A DNA stretch of 64,000 nucleotides from Vermamoeba vermiformis (Eukaryota). Location of the stretch: positions 1 through 64,000 of the forward strand of contig JBEWZL010000201.1 in the NCBI GenBank assembly GCA_045837725.1, read 5' to 3'. The notes under the pieces were generated by a model, which did no database searches, was not told the DNA's origin, and saw only the letters and a program-made list of their open reading frames with translations. Both the position numbers and the translations under genes were made by a program. The first letter of the stretch is position 1, and each line of letters starts with the position of its first letter. Below are positions 12,087-23,973 of this stretch, in pieces.

Positions 12087-14231
12087 ATGTCAGCACTCAG
12101 GAGACTATGCGTTATTAATGCACGGTACTTGCGACGGTCAGTGGCTGCGGATCAATTAGGCGTTAAGAAGAGCGCACGACCGCTGTTCTTGACCCCCATC
12201 CCCACCTACCGTGAGCCCCCTCGTGTGCAGTCCTCTGTGTACACAGGCCAGCACGAGAAGCTGTACGAAGACATTGATATATACACTAAGAGTCAACTGC
12301 CCTTCAGTACTCTGCGCGAAGAGGGCCTCAAACTCTTGATGCAAAAAGCGAAAGAGAAGAATATTACACTGTCAGAGGAGAGAGTTGCAGAGTTGTGGGA
12401 TAAATATATGTCTAATCGCGAGGAAGAGGCATTCCAAAAAGCAGCGGTAAGAGAGTCAATTATAATAATTATTTTATTATTTTAAATTCATTAATTTCAT
12501 TCACGAATGTACAAGCCTCTATTGATCTCCCAAACATTCAAATATGCATCTAAAAAATATTTAAAATAAAAATGATGTATTGCGTAGTCGTAGAACATGT
12601 AGCAGCTGAACACATCTAACATCCACTTTTTTTGGATCCAGCTCATGGCACGCACATTGACTCTCAACAACGAAGAAGTACAAAACGAGTCCAACAAGGC
12701 CATTGACGCAGCAGTCACAAGCACTGACGACACACTGCAAGTGCCCTCCAACGAAGAAGTCAATCTGGGCTCCACCATGAGCTTTGAGAGCTGCGACGAG
12801 GCCTTCCAAGAGATCTGTCGCCGCTTCTTGCTCAACGACAATGAGCTGCGCGAGGCTCGGGCCTTCAGCGTGCACGGACCACCCCTGGGCCAGGACTGGA
12901 CGATGACTGACGAGGGCGTGATAGATCTGGTGCACTGGACCGAACAGCCGCTCGTGTTCTTGCCCTTTGAAGTCGCGCAATATGAAGACACCAACGGCGT
13001 CATGTGGGCCATGCGTCGCGGTGCCATTCTCGACTTCAACTCGAGCAAGATTATGATCACCGAGATACGTGAGCGCGACAATGACGAGGAGGACGAAGTG
13101 GAGCCCAATGACATGACACTGCTGCCCGAACAGCCGCTCGATGTGCCCACTGATCCTGGCACCGATGAGCCGTTGCCAATGGACGCTGAGATGCGCGATG
13201 CACTGCACCACGACCGCTACGACATTGCGGCAGAAGAACTGGCGATAGACGAGCAGGGCAATGTGGACATTGAGCGCACATTGAACCGCTACTGGGACGA
13301 GCAGAGCAGCCTGCATCCGATCATGCGCGATGGGGACTTGATTGAGAAGTTCTTGGACCTGCGCGAAGAGGGCGAGTGGGCTGACGAGGACTTGGATCCG
13401 ACCCTCGATGCGGAGGACGAGGAGACACTCGCACAACTGAGTCCCAGCGAACTCGAGGCCCTGATGAAGGAGCAAGAGGAGCTCGAAGCAGAAGAAGAAC
13501 ACGCGCTCCAAGCTGCAGATGAGCCCGTGGAAGATGAGCCCGCCCCACCGCGCAAGTACCCCCTGCCCGCTGACAGCTACATGAATGCGAATGAGATTGC
13601 CATGCTGCCTGGCTACGAGTTCAATGTGGATCCTGAGATTGAGCGCAAGGTTGAGCTCGACACTCTGCGAGATCTGCATCGTCTCAGTCAGTTGCCTGCA
13701 GCCAACATCACCGAGAGCATATCGCAAGCTGTGCGCGCACTCAATGCAGTGGAGTTGAGCAAGCCAGTGCTCGAAAAGACACGTGCTCCGCTGCCTCCCG
13801 CTGAAGCCAAGTTCGTGCAGCTGCACAACGAGGCCACACTACCCGTGGGTGGCACCAGTCCCTACGCAACACCAGGCCCGGCCGAGTTCGTTGACGACAC
13901 CAACTTCCGTGCTATCACTGGCGATCTCTCGCGCATGGACGTGAATCACATTGAGGAGGTGGATGATTTCCCGCGCAATTTGACGCGCATCATCGACATT
14001 CCGTCAGATCTGCTGCTCGCACTCAAAACCGTGCCCTGGCCCAAGCTGCACCCTGAAGAGGTTGAGACCTTCGTGCGCTTCTTCGAGGTGCCACTGACCT
14101 TCCACGACAGTCCCTTGAACCACAACGACGCGACGTACGCCATTGAAGAAGAGCTGCAAAAACTAGACGACGAACAAGTCAACTCTGAAGACTTGGGTGA
14201 GGATTTTGACGCAGAGTTGAGCGACAAATAA
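12087..14231 (+). CDS. hypothetical acidic protein with a putative mitochondrial presequence (2 exons)
   Basis: Arg-rich N-terminus MSALRRLCVINARYLRRS; intron ~12447-12641; 528-codon D/E-rich ORF with host-like codon usage. Confidence 0.7.
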
Positions 14232-14360
14232 CAACACCAAAATACTCTGTAAAACAACTTGCGAATATAAATACTATGTATACATGACACGACGATTATT
14301 GTTTAAGAAGATTTATTAATTACAATTACTATAATACAAGGAGGTAGACATTGCTGGAAT

Positions 14361-15597
14361 TCATTCCCAAGTCAGAGTCTGTCGGCACCACTGTCGGTAC
14401 CAAGCACGTGCTGAGCTGTCACGTGGCACCAACACATCGTGCGTGTCGCGGAATAATCTGCGAATGGAGACGCGCCACGTGGCATCTTGTGTGACAGCTG
14501 CTGACACGTTCTTGTTCACACGTGCCACGCGACACAAAGCACTCGGCGGCAAGTGCGTCAAGACTCGCTGCCACATCTCGACTGGCAGATCACGTGGTGC
14601 AGCACTGAGTGCCGTCACGTGCTCAGCAGCAGGGACGACAAGAGCGGGGGTGAATGCGCAGGGTTTATTAAGTTCAGACACAACAGCAGTCACGTGCTCA
14701 GTGCCTTTGTGTCGCTTGTGCGCAGGTTCGACACTCACTGCGAGCACATAGCTGCACGCATCAGTCAGTACGGGCAATTGCTTCATCAAGCGCGACACAT
14801 CCAGCACTTCGACTTGATTGATTTGCGCTTTGAGTGCGAGTGCCTTGTCTTGCGTGACCAGCGCTACACTGGCAGTGTTCTTGAAGTACATGGCGCAGTC
14901 GAGAATGTGGTCGTCGTTGGTCCATTGCGTCAGGGCGGGCGTGTTCTCCGAGGTCAATCCACGGGCTTGTTTGTGACTCTCTTCAATCTTCTGACCACGA
15001 ATCCACTCGGCTTTGTTCTTGAACTCTTCCAATAAGAAATTGATGGCGGCGCGGGCTTTGAGTGAGAGACCTTGCTTGACTTTGAGCGAATCCAATTCTT
15101 GAATGACTGAGAACAAAAGTTAGCGGTCGACATATTGAAAGCAATAACATAAATAACTTACCAATTGAAGGCACTATCACATGCAATCCCTTAATTTTCT
15201 TCAACGATTGCACGAAGGGCAAATACGAGATCCAAACATTGGTATCGAGAATAAGTGCAGAATATTCGAGATTAATTTTTGTCACACCAGTATTTTGGAT
15301 TTTATTAACATCCTCGTTTTTAATATCATTTTCATCGGTGTTTTTACTTAATTCTGTAATTTTTCTCTTTTTTGCGTTAATAACGATTTGAGGAGTTTTA
15401 CCCGCTTGATCGAGTCTTATTTCCTCATACATAAGCTTACAATAATGCGAACAAGCATATAATGTGCTTGAACCGATGTTCAGAGGAAACTCCGAGTGAG
15501 CAAATGTGCTATTACAAAGGGCGCATTGCTTCACGGAGAAGAGCGGAACGAAAGTATTAGAAAGGAATGAGGGTAATGCGGCAGGTTGAAGCAACAT
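14361..15597 (-). CDS. zf-FCS/TRASH-like finger + SWT1-like PIN nuclease + C-terminal F-box protein
   Basis: CALC-x~20-CSHYC; KKRK; PIN motifs LILDTNVW, VIQELD, NDDHILDCA, LVTQDKAL; F-box-like DLPVEMWQRVLTHLPPSALCRVARVNK...W; one intron ~15110-15160. Confidence 0.75.
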
Positions 15598-16173
15598 TAT
15601 GAGTTATGGTTGTTGTGCTAGTTTTTAGTTGAAAATGGTTTCGAACAAAAGTTGTTTCTTTTTCTTCTGCGAGCACGTGACTGATCACGTGGCCTACAAC
15701 CAATCGTGTACGATTTCTGATGCTTGTTGTTATACAAGACGGCCGTCTTTAGTGTTCTAACGAAGGACTGATTGCCGCAAGTAGGGTGCCTACATAGCAT
15801 TTACTTCTGGTCGACTGGTCGCTGTCACGCTAACTAGCCACCTGCCCTGCTGATCGAGACACTGTACCCGTGCTTTTGCTGTACACTGGTAGAACGGACG
15901 TCGTAACTACCAGTAATTCGTTTTTTTTGTACACTACCTCCGTTCATGAAATCCTTGAAGTCCGTCTAGTAACGGTTTACCGAGGATTCATGTCTCATCC
16001 GTCGTAAAGGGCGTTCGTTACAATAGATTCTCCGGTTTGGTGCTGCGAGAAGCTCGATGAAATTCCCGAGAAAATTATCTTTGTTATCGCTGGAGCTTGG
16101 AAAAAACGAGAAAAATTGAATAGCGGCGGGTCTGTTGAATCATTTAACAGCGATTGTGTTACAGAACTACTAA

Positions 16174-18356
16174 ATGTCCGAGGCACAACCAGTAGTTCTC
16201 GAAGGTCCGTCGATCGGCATTGATCTCGGCACCACGTACAGCTGTGTGGGTGTGTGGCAGCACAATAAAGTTGAAATAATAGCAAATTCTGAAGGTACGG
16301 AGCGAGTACAGTATAATGTAATTATTTAATAACACTGCCGTTGTAGGCAATCGTACCACGCCTTCGTGTGTTGCATTCACTGATTCAGGTTTGCTTACTC
16401 CTTATTAGCGTTATAAACGTGCAATTTAATTAATATTTTTTTTGTTATACATAGAGCGTTTAATTGGAGAGGCAGCTAAAAATCAGGTGATTGTTAATCC
16501 AGAAAATACGCTGTTTGACATTAAGCGTCTTATTGGTCGGAAATTCAACGATCCGACAGTGCAAGAGGATATGAAATTCTGGCCATTCAAAGTAGTTGCA
16601 GGAGAACATGACAGAGCATTAGTACAAGTGGAATTCAGAGGCGAGAAAAAACTTTTTTCAGCAGAGGAGATCTCAGCAATGATATTGAGTCAAATGCGCG
16701 AGATTGCAGAACATTATCTCGGCGTGACGGTGCGCAATGCCGTCATCACGGTACCAGGTACTAGTGCTAGACACCTCACCGCCACGCACTAACTCGATTC
16801 TCAGCGTACTTTACTGACGGGCAGCGCCAAGCTACAAAAGATGCAGGTGAGTCGAGGACTAGTGTTCAATATATATATATATATGGTGCTAATACCCGCG
16901 CCCAGGCACGATTGCAGGTCTGAATGTGATGCGCATCATAAACGAGCCCACAGCAGCCGCGATTGCGTACGGACTGGACAAGAAGTCCGACACCGAGCGC
17001 AATGTGCTCATCTTTGACCTCGGTGGCGGCACTCTCGACGTCTCGCTGCTCACACTCGAGTCAGGCGTGTTTGAGGTCAAAGCCACTGCTGGCAACACTC
17101 ACCTCGGCGGCTCGGACTTTGACACGCGTCTCGTGCAGCACTTTGTGGAGCAGTTCAAGAAGAAGACGGACAAAAACATCGCCAACAACGCCAAAGCACT
17201 GCGACGACTGCGCACGGCCTGTGAACGAGCCAAGCGCGTGCTGTCGTCCTCCACGCAAGCGACGGTGGAGATTGACTCGCTGTTCGAGGGTGAAGATCTG
17301 ATTGCACCCCTCACACGCGCACGATTCGAAGAACTGACTGCAGATCTGATGCGCAGCTGTCTCGAGCCCGTAGAGCGCGTGTTGCGCGATGCCAAGATGA
17401 ACAAGTCGCAGATTGACGATGTGGTGCTGGTCGGTGGGGCCACGCGCATGGTCAAGCTGCAAGAGCTGCTGCAAGAGTACTTCAGCGGCAAAGAGCTCAA
17501 CAAGTCGATCAACCCCGATGAAGCAGTGGCCTATGGTGCCGCGATACAAGCAGCGGTGATCAGTGGTCAGCGCCACGAACAGCTCGATGATCTGCTGCTG
17601 CTCGATGTCACACCGCTGTCCCTCGGCCTCGAGACTGGTGGCGGTGTCATGTACACCATCATACCGCGCAACACCACGCTGCCCACCAACAAGAAGCAAG
17701 TCTTCTCGACCTTCAACGAGAACCAGCCCGGCGTGTTGATTCAAGTCTACGAAGGTGAGCGCGCCATGACCAAGGACAACAATCTGCTCGGCAAGTTTGA
17801 ACTCACTGGCATTCCACCCATGCCGCGCGGTGTGCCGCAGATTGAAGTCACTTTTGACATTGACAGCAACGGCATCTTGCAAGTGAGTGCCGTGGACCGC
17901 ACCACTGGCCGCACGAACAAGATCACCATCACGGGCGAGAAGGGTCGCTTGACGAGTGCGGAGATTGAGCGCATGATGAACGAGGCTGAGCGCTTCAAAC
18001 AGTACGACAGGAGCATGAAGCTGCGCGTGGAGGCCAAGAACAAGCTCGAGAACTACGTCTTCAGTCTCCGCGCCACCCTGCACGAGTCGCGCGTCAGTGA
18101 GCAGTTGTTGCACGAGGACCGCACGCGACTCAATGCGCTGGTCGACACCACGATCCAGTGGCTCGAGTACCAGGGCCACGCACCTGAACTCACTGCCGCT
18201 GACTTTGAGCGCAAACAAAGTGAGCTCGATCAGGTCTGTCGTCCAGTGCTGTCCAAACTGGTGGCAGAGGGCTACAACAGTCACGTGACCAAAGGATTCG
18301 ATTGGTTCCCTGGCGTGAATGGCAATGGGCCAGCTGTCGAGGAGATGGACAAATAA
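16174..18356 (+). CDS. HSP70: cytosolic-type Hsp70 (divergent; ends EEMDK)
   Basis: [49 protein letters not shown]; several 5' introns. Confidence 0.93.
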
Positions 18357-18553
18357 TAGGGCAATTTTGTGACGAGAACAATACTAACACCATGTACATA
18401 TAAAACTGCAATTGATGAATACTGGTGGTGCTTGATCGACTATTTCCTAATTAGGAAAATCACTTTTAATTTGTTGTGCGCGCCAATTTGACTTTGAATA
18501 ACATGTCCTAGTGCAAACTACAAGTGTAAATAGTGTATATATCATCAAACACC

Positions 18554-19987
18554 ATGTCAGTGCTCTACGCGTGCCAGTGCGGGCAATACTATCCGCAACA
18601 AGAGCTGTACTGCTGTCTCGGGTGTCAGCAGCTGAACTGCACTGAATGCACGACGGAAGAGATCGCGAGCTATTATTGTCCGCAGTGCTTGGACATCTCC
18701 ACGCCCTCTGAAGCCGCTAACTTCAATCACAGGTCAGAATAGCGCTCGGTTGGGCCGCAGTAATTTTAATAATATTTTTATTTGCCTCGACGCACATAGT
18801 AATGTCGTGCGATTAATTGGATAATTAATAATAATTTTTTGGTTTAATGATTGGAATCTGACACCTAAATTTCAGATGCAAGAAGTGCTTCGAATGTCCG
18901 CAGTGCACGGCACCACTCAGCTTCATGATTAAGAAAGAAGCACCTAATCCCGATGTCCATTACTTGCAATGTGGCTATTGTCAGTGGAGCTCGATCTCGA
19001 TTGGCGCTCAAGCTGAGGCTACAGCACCGCTCATTGGTACCTTGACTACTATTAACAGGAGCGATGCTAGGAATATACTAACGTCACTATAGTGGCCCTA
19101 TTGCGACGAGAAAGAGAGTCGCCAGTACAGCGCCAGTACGCGCAGATCCACGACAAGCGCAAGCCACTCAAATCACCCTCGAAACCACGCGTCAAGTCCA
19201 ATACACAACGACCATATCACCACTTTGATGCCGCTACACACGCACTGCTGCAGAGTGACGAAGCAGATCTGGCGCGCATGATCCAGCTCAGCGAGGGAGA
19301 CATAGGCAGCGGTGCGTTGATTGATATCATATATGCATACACTAGCGCTAGTACTAACCCGCACCAGTGAGCAGCATTGCCCAGCGCACCCGTCAGCCGA
19401 GCAGTGCCGTACAGAGCAGCACACTGACACCACGCCGCATGGCACTCATGACACGCCGCACACGCCACTGTGCACGCTGCGACAAGCTGCTCGTCAAGCC
19501 CGATCACACGCCACGTCAGTGCGACTACTCGCGCCTGCACACAGCCCTGGCCTATCTGCCGCGCATCACTCTGCTCGCCGTGCCGCGCTGGCAGTACCGT
19601 GCCGATCACGTGCTCCACGTGCGCGTGACCAATCCGCTGACACACGCTGTCACACTGGCACTGTGCAGCACGACGCATGACACCTGTCACGTGCTACAAC
19701 ACGCCACCGAGACAGTGCTCGGGTCTGCGGAGATTGAAGATGACGTGGCAGTGAATCACGTGACTGACGATGTGACACGCTACGTGACACTCAAAGCACG
19801 TGATCACCAGCAATTCGTCGTCAAGCGCGGCGTCACTAGCGTCGAACTGTGCTTCACTGTCACGCCACAACGCGTCACTCGGCAGCTCGTAGTGCCCCTG
19901 ACGATGACAGTCGAGACAGCACATGCCATATATGGTAATCTCTCCTTCAACGTCGCACTGCTCTTTGTGCTGGGCTCAGTGAGCTGA
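18554..19987 (+). CDS. DCTN4: dynactin subunit 4 (p62)
   Basis: N-terminal Cys-rich LYCCLGCQQLNCTEC...YYCPQCL...CKKCFECPQC...YLQCGYCQWSS and later LMTRRTRHCARCDKLLVKP, all typical of p62. Confidence 0.85.
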
Positions 19988-20192
19988 ACTCCGCGAATAA
20001 AACACGCGTTCCATGTACCAAACAGATCATTTGCTGTCATATAGCCATCTATAATGACGACACACTGCACTAGCGGTTGTTCACAGCTCGCTGAGTGCAC
20101 TCAGATCCGCAGCAAGTTCAGTGAGTTTGAAATTGCGCGTACGAGCAGTAACTTTTATTTTTATTCAACACATACACAGCACTTTGTACATA

Positions 20193-22171
20193 ATGTGGTC
20201 TGCATTGGCTAGAAGTGGTCGCAGTGGTATTAATAAGGTACATATAATCTTAATACTCTCAATACTAAGGCAATACGGTGATGATTTTCAATTAATTGGA
20301 TCAATTATTGAAATAAATAACAAAAATTTTAAAAATAAATTTGATTAGGTTAATACATCAAACACTGCGAGTAGATCACATCGTATCATTCGTTCTGAAA
20401 AAAGATATTTGACCACCGAACCTAAACCAAATCCGCCTCAACAAGCAGCCAAACCACCCACGAGCACGAATACTACGCCACCCCACCCCCCAAACCTAAC
20501 ACTACCACCAACAACACCATCAAGATACAGACCAAGCCCAAAAAGTCGCACGGATTGCGCAACTTTCTGCTGCTGACCACACTGACGGGCGGTGCAGTGA
20601 CCGCAGCAGTGGTGATGAGTCCTGAGGACAGCGCGCTCCGACAGTACGCCTATCAACTGCTCAATATAGACACCAAGAGCAGTCTGCTCTCCAAACAGCT
20701 CACACGTGCCATCGAGAAAGAAACACCCCACGTGACTGAAGCACGTGACTCGCAGCCAATCAGCGCCGAGCCAGTGATTGACGTCTTGAACGATGAAGTG
20801 ACGACGCCGAGTGAAGAGGAGCCAGTGGGCATCATTGAAGTCGAGACACCTGTCACTGAAGAGCACGTGACACCTGTCACCTCGGACACCGAGCCCCACG
20901 TGATTGAACCACGTGATCAGATCGCAGAATTAGAGCACGTGCTTGAAGTGTCGGAGTCAGTCCCAGAGCACGTGTTGACTGAAGCAGCGGAACAATTGCC
21001 CAGCGAACCAGAGACGAGCGCGGAGTCAGTGCCAGCACCGTTCAGTGAACCAGAAGTGTCACGTGACGAGTCTGTCACTGAGCCAGCAAGCACACCAACA
21101 GCCGCAGATGACAGCGAGGAGACACGTGTCAAACAGTTGACAGCGCGCATCGGTGAGTTGCAGGACAAGATGAGCAGCTTGGAGCAGATAAAAGCGCAGA
21201 TGGACGAGTTGGCGCAGCGCATGAGCAACGAGACCTCGAAAGAAGCTGAAGTCGTCAAAGAGGTCGTCAAGAAGTTGCAGCTGCAGAACGAAGAAGAGCG
21301 CGCTCGCTTTGAACGCGAACTGAGCGAACAACGCCGCGCCCTGGAAGAGAAATACGCGCAAGAGATTGAACAGGCGCTGCAAGTGGTGGGACGCGAGATG
21401 GAGGACAACTTGAGCTCGCTGCAACAGGCCTATGTGGCACAACATCAATCGCGCATTCAAAAGCTGCAACAACTGCAGTCAGTGGTGCAACAAGAGAGCA
21501 CTGCGCGTGAGATGTATCGTCAGTACGACTACGAGAGTCAGCGCATGCATCTGTTGGACATTGTGCTCATCAATCTCTTCAACAAGATTGTTGATCGCAA
21601 GCCATTTGTGCAAGAGCTGCAGTCCCTCAAAGCAGCTGCCAAGGGCAACGAGGCCCTCGAACTCGCCGTCAACAGCATCCCTGAACGAGTGGCGAGCGAG
21701 GGACTGGTCTCAGTCGAGGACCTCAAACAAGAATTCGATCGCATTTCTCGTTCATTGCGCCGCGCAACACTGTTACCCGAGGACAAAGAGAGCGGTCCGT
21801 TCAGTGAACTGTACGCCACACTTGTAGAGCGATTGAGACACGCCACCAATTACAAATACGACGCATATCTTGACGGCGAGGATGGCTGGGCTGTGCTGTC
21901 GCGTGTTGAATACGAATTGAAGCGTCAAAATGTGCGCGCATCAGTGAAAGAATTGGAGAGCCTGGCGAAGCTCAACAACAAAGTCCCCGCTGAACTCGCT
22001 CGTACGTGGTTAGAACGCGCTAAGCAGTAAGTAATCACTCTATTGATTGAGAACACTACTAACTATCTTTGCAGGCATTTGATCACATTACAAGCACTGC
22101 ACATTCTGCAAGCGAACGCTACTGCCCAAACAGTACAAGTATTGAGCAAAAACCCGTTCAACCACAAATAA
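20193..22171 (+). CDS. MIC60: MICOS subunit Mic60/mitofilin-like
   Basis: Presequence, single TM (FLLLTTLTGGAVTAAVV), long coiled coil, C-terminal mitofilin-like domain (PFVQELQSL...VLSRVEYEL...ARTWLERAKQ). Confidence 0.75.
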
Positions 22172-22261
22172 ATGGTGCATGTTTGAGAATTATAACTAGC
22201 GTATTTACTTCGAATTTACAGTGAGGTTACAGTCAACGATAATTAAAGAAAAGCTAACAGG

Positions 22262-23733
22262 TTAGCAGCAGCCCCTTCGAGGAGCAGGCTTGTTAGCACC
22301 ATCAGTGCCCTCTGCGGGTTCGTCTTCGGGCTTGAGCTTGATAACATTGCCTTCTTTGGGTTTAGCGGGTTCAGCAACATCCGTTTTCTTGACTTGCAAT
22401 TTGGCGGTTTGTGCCTTGTAAATTTCTGCAAGCAATATTAGCTTTTCAGAGGAAAAGAGTCCAAAACGATTGTTTTGTGCAAAAAAGGTCAATCGGAGAA
22501 GGAAATGTGAGCTAGTGTGCATTTCAAGCTAATTGGTGCATTAGGAAGCTCGATAAAAGCGCCAAAAAAAAAAGGTATTGCCTTCAGTGGGGTTCGAACC
22601 CACGCGTGGCTGAACCACATCAGATCTTAAGTCTGACCCCTTAGACCAGCTCGGGCATGAAGGCTACTGGTGATGGTCCGTTTTCGAAATTTTGGAGCCC
22701 GACCAGTGCGAAATTGAATTATTCCTCTCCTTGCAAAATCTCACCAATTTAGTGTGCGTAATCACGTACCTTGAATAATCTTTGCGAAAGCAGCATCTAC
22801 TTGAGCACCAGTCTTGGCAGAAGTCTCAATGAAGCTCAAACCATTCTTGGCGGCGAAGTCTACGCGAGTCAGGTGAGCAACGCGCGGCTAATATTGTTGC
22901 AGCAATCGCCACGTACCTTTGCCTTCTTGCGTGGAGACTTGGCGAGCACTTTGCAAGTCGGACTTGTTGCCGACGAGCATGACAAGAATGCCAGGCTCAG
23001 CGTGTCCAGTCAACTCTTCGAGCCACTTCTCGAGGTGTTCAAATGAGGCCTTGTCAGTGACGCTGTACACGAGCAGACCACCAACAGCACCGCGGTAGTA
23101 ACTGTTCACCATTTCTGTTAGATCTCCGCCTTATTATTGCATTAATAATCATTCTTACCCTCTAGTCAATGCCTTGAATCTCTCTTGACCAGCTATAGTA
23201 ATAAAGGTATCAATACACCGCGCAGTTCAGGTTTAAAAATTTGATCGCATTTTTCTAATACACAAGAATAATTCTGATTCTGCCATATTAATAGGCAAAT
23301 CAAACACTCTGTAATTATTAACTGTGCTATAGAATGTAAGGAATTATTCTCGTACGAAAATTAAATTTCGGGTTTATAAAATCCGGATGTAGTGTTGCAA
23401 ATTATATTATATTAGCAGCAATCGCTTACCAGTATCCCAAATTTGAGCTTTAATAACCTTTTCTTCAATTTTGATAGTTTTATGTCCAAACTCGACACCG
23501 ATGGTGGTGCGTGCTTCCTCTCTGAAAATATTGGTTGTGTAGCGACTAATAAGATTGGATTTGCCGACACCAGAGTCTCCAATAACGACAACTATAATTA
23601 TAATTAATAAGAGCTTTCGAGGTGAAAAAAAAACTGGATAAACGGTCGTTCGGTAGCAAATCAACCGAAAGACAGCACGCTTACTCTTGAATAAATGGTC
23701 GTATTGGTCTTGTTCTTCAATTTCGTCACCCAT
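22262..23733 (-). CDS. RAB11: Rab11-family GTPase
   Basis: [58 protein letters not shown]-terminal GCC; multi-exon. Confidence 0.92.
22579..22664 (-). tRNA. trnL-UAA: tRNA-Leu(UAA), intronic in Rab11 (intron 22426-22769)
   Basis: GCCTTCA/TGAAGGC acceptor stem, anticodon arm TCAGA-CTTAAGA-TCTGA, long variable arm, GGTTCGAACCC T-arm, discriminator A, followed by an oligo-T terminator. Confidence 0.95.
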
Positions 23734-23973
23734 TATATTGTTGAGGTGTGGTGTTCAGTTGCGTGAGATGTAAATTTGGTGCTGGCGACCGATCGGTTTT
23801 TTTTTTCAGCTTTTCGTTTTCAGATAAAAGACAACGAAGCAACCATCACTCTAGAACTTACTTCTCTTTGCAAACCGAATGTTCATATGCGTTATCGAGA
23901 GCTGATCAGCTACAAGAAACAAAAAGGTATTTATTAAAGAACAACAAACAACAATAGCGAAATTACATTTACA

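Noticed and set aside
15945-15992. Hairpin starting ATGAA as a possible SECIS element
   Set aside because: It lacks the 3' GA of the non-Watson-Crick quartet, lies between two gene 5' ends rather than in a 3' UTR, and no in-frame TGA selenoprotein is nearby.
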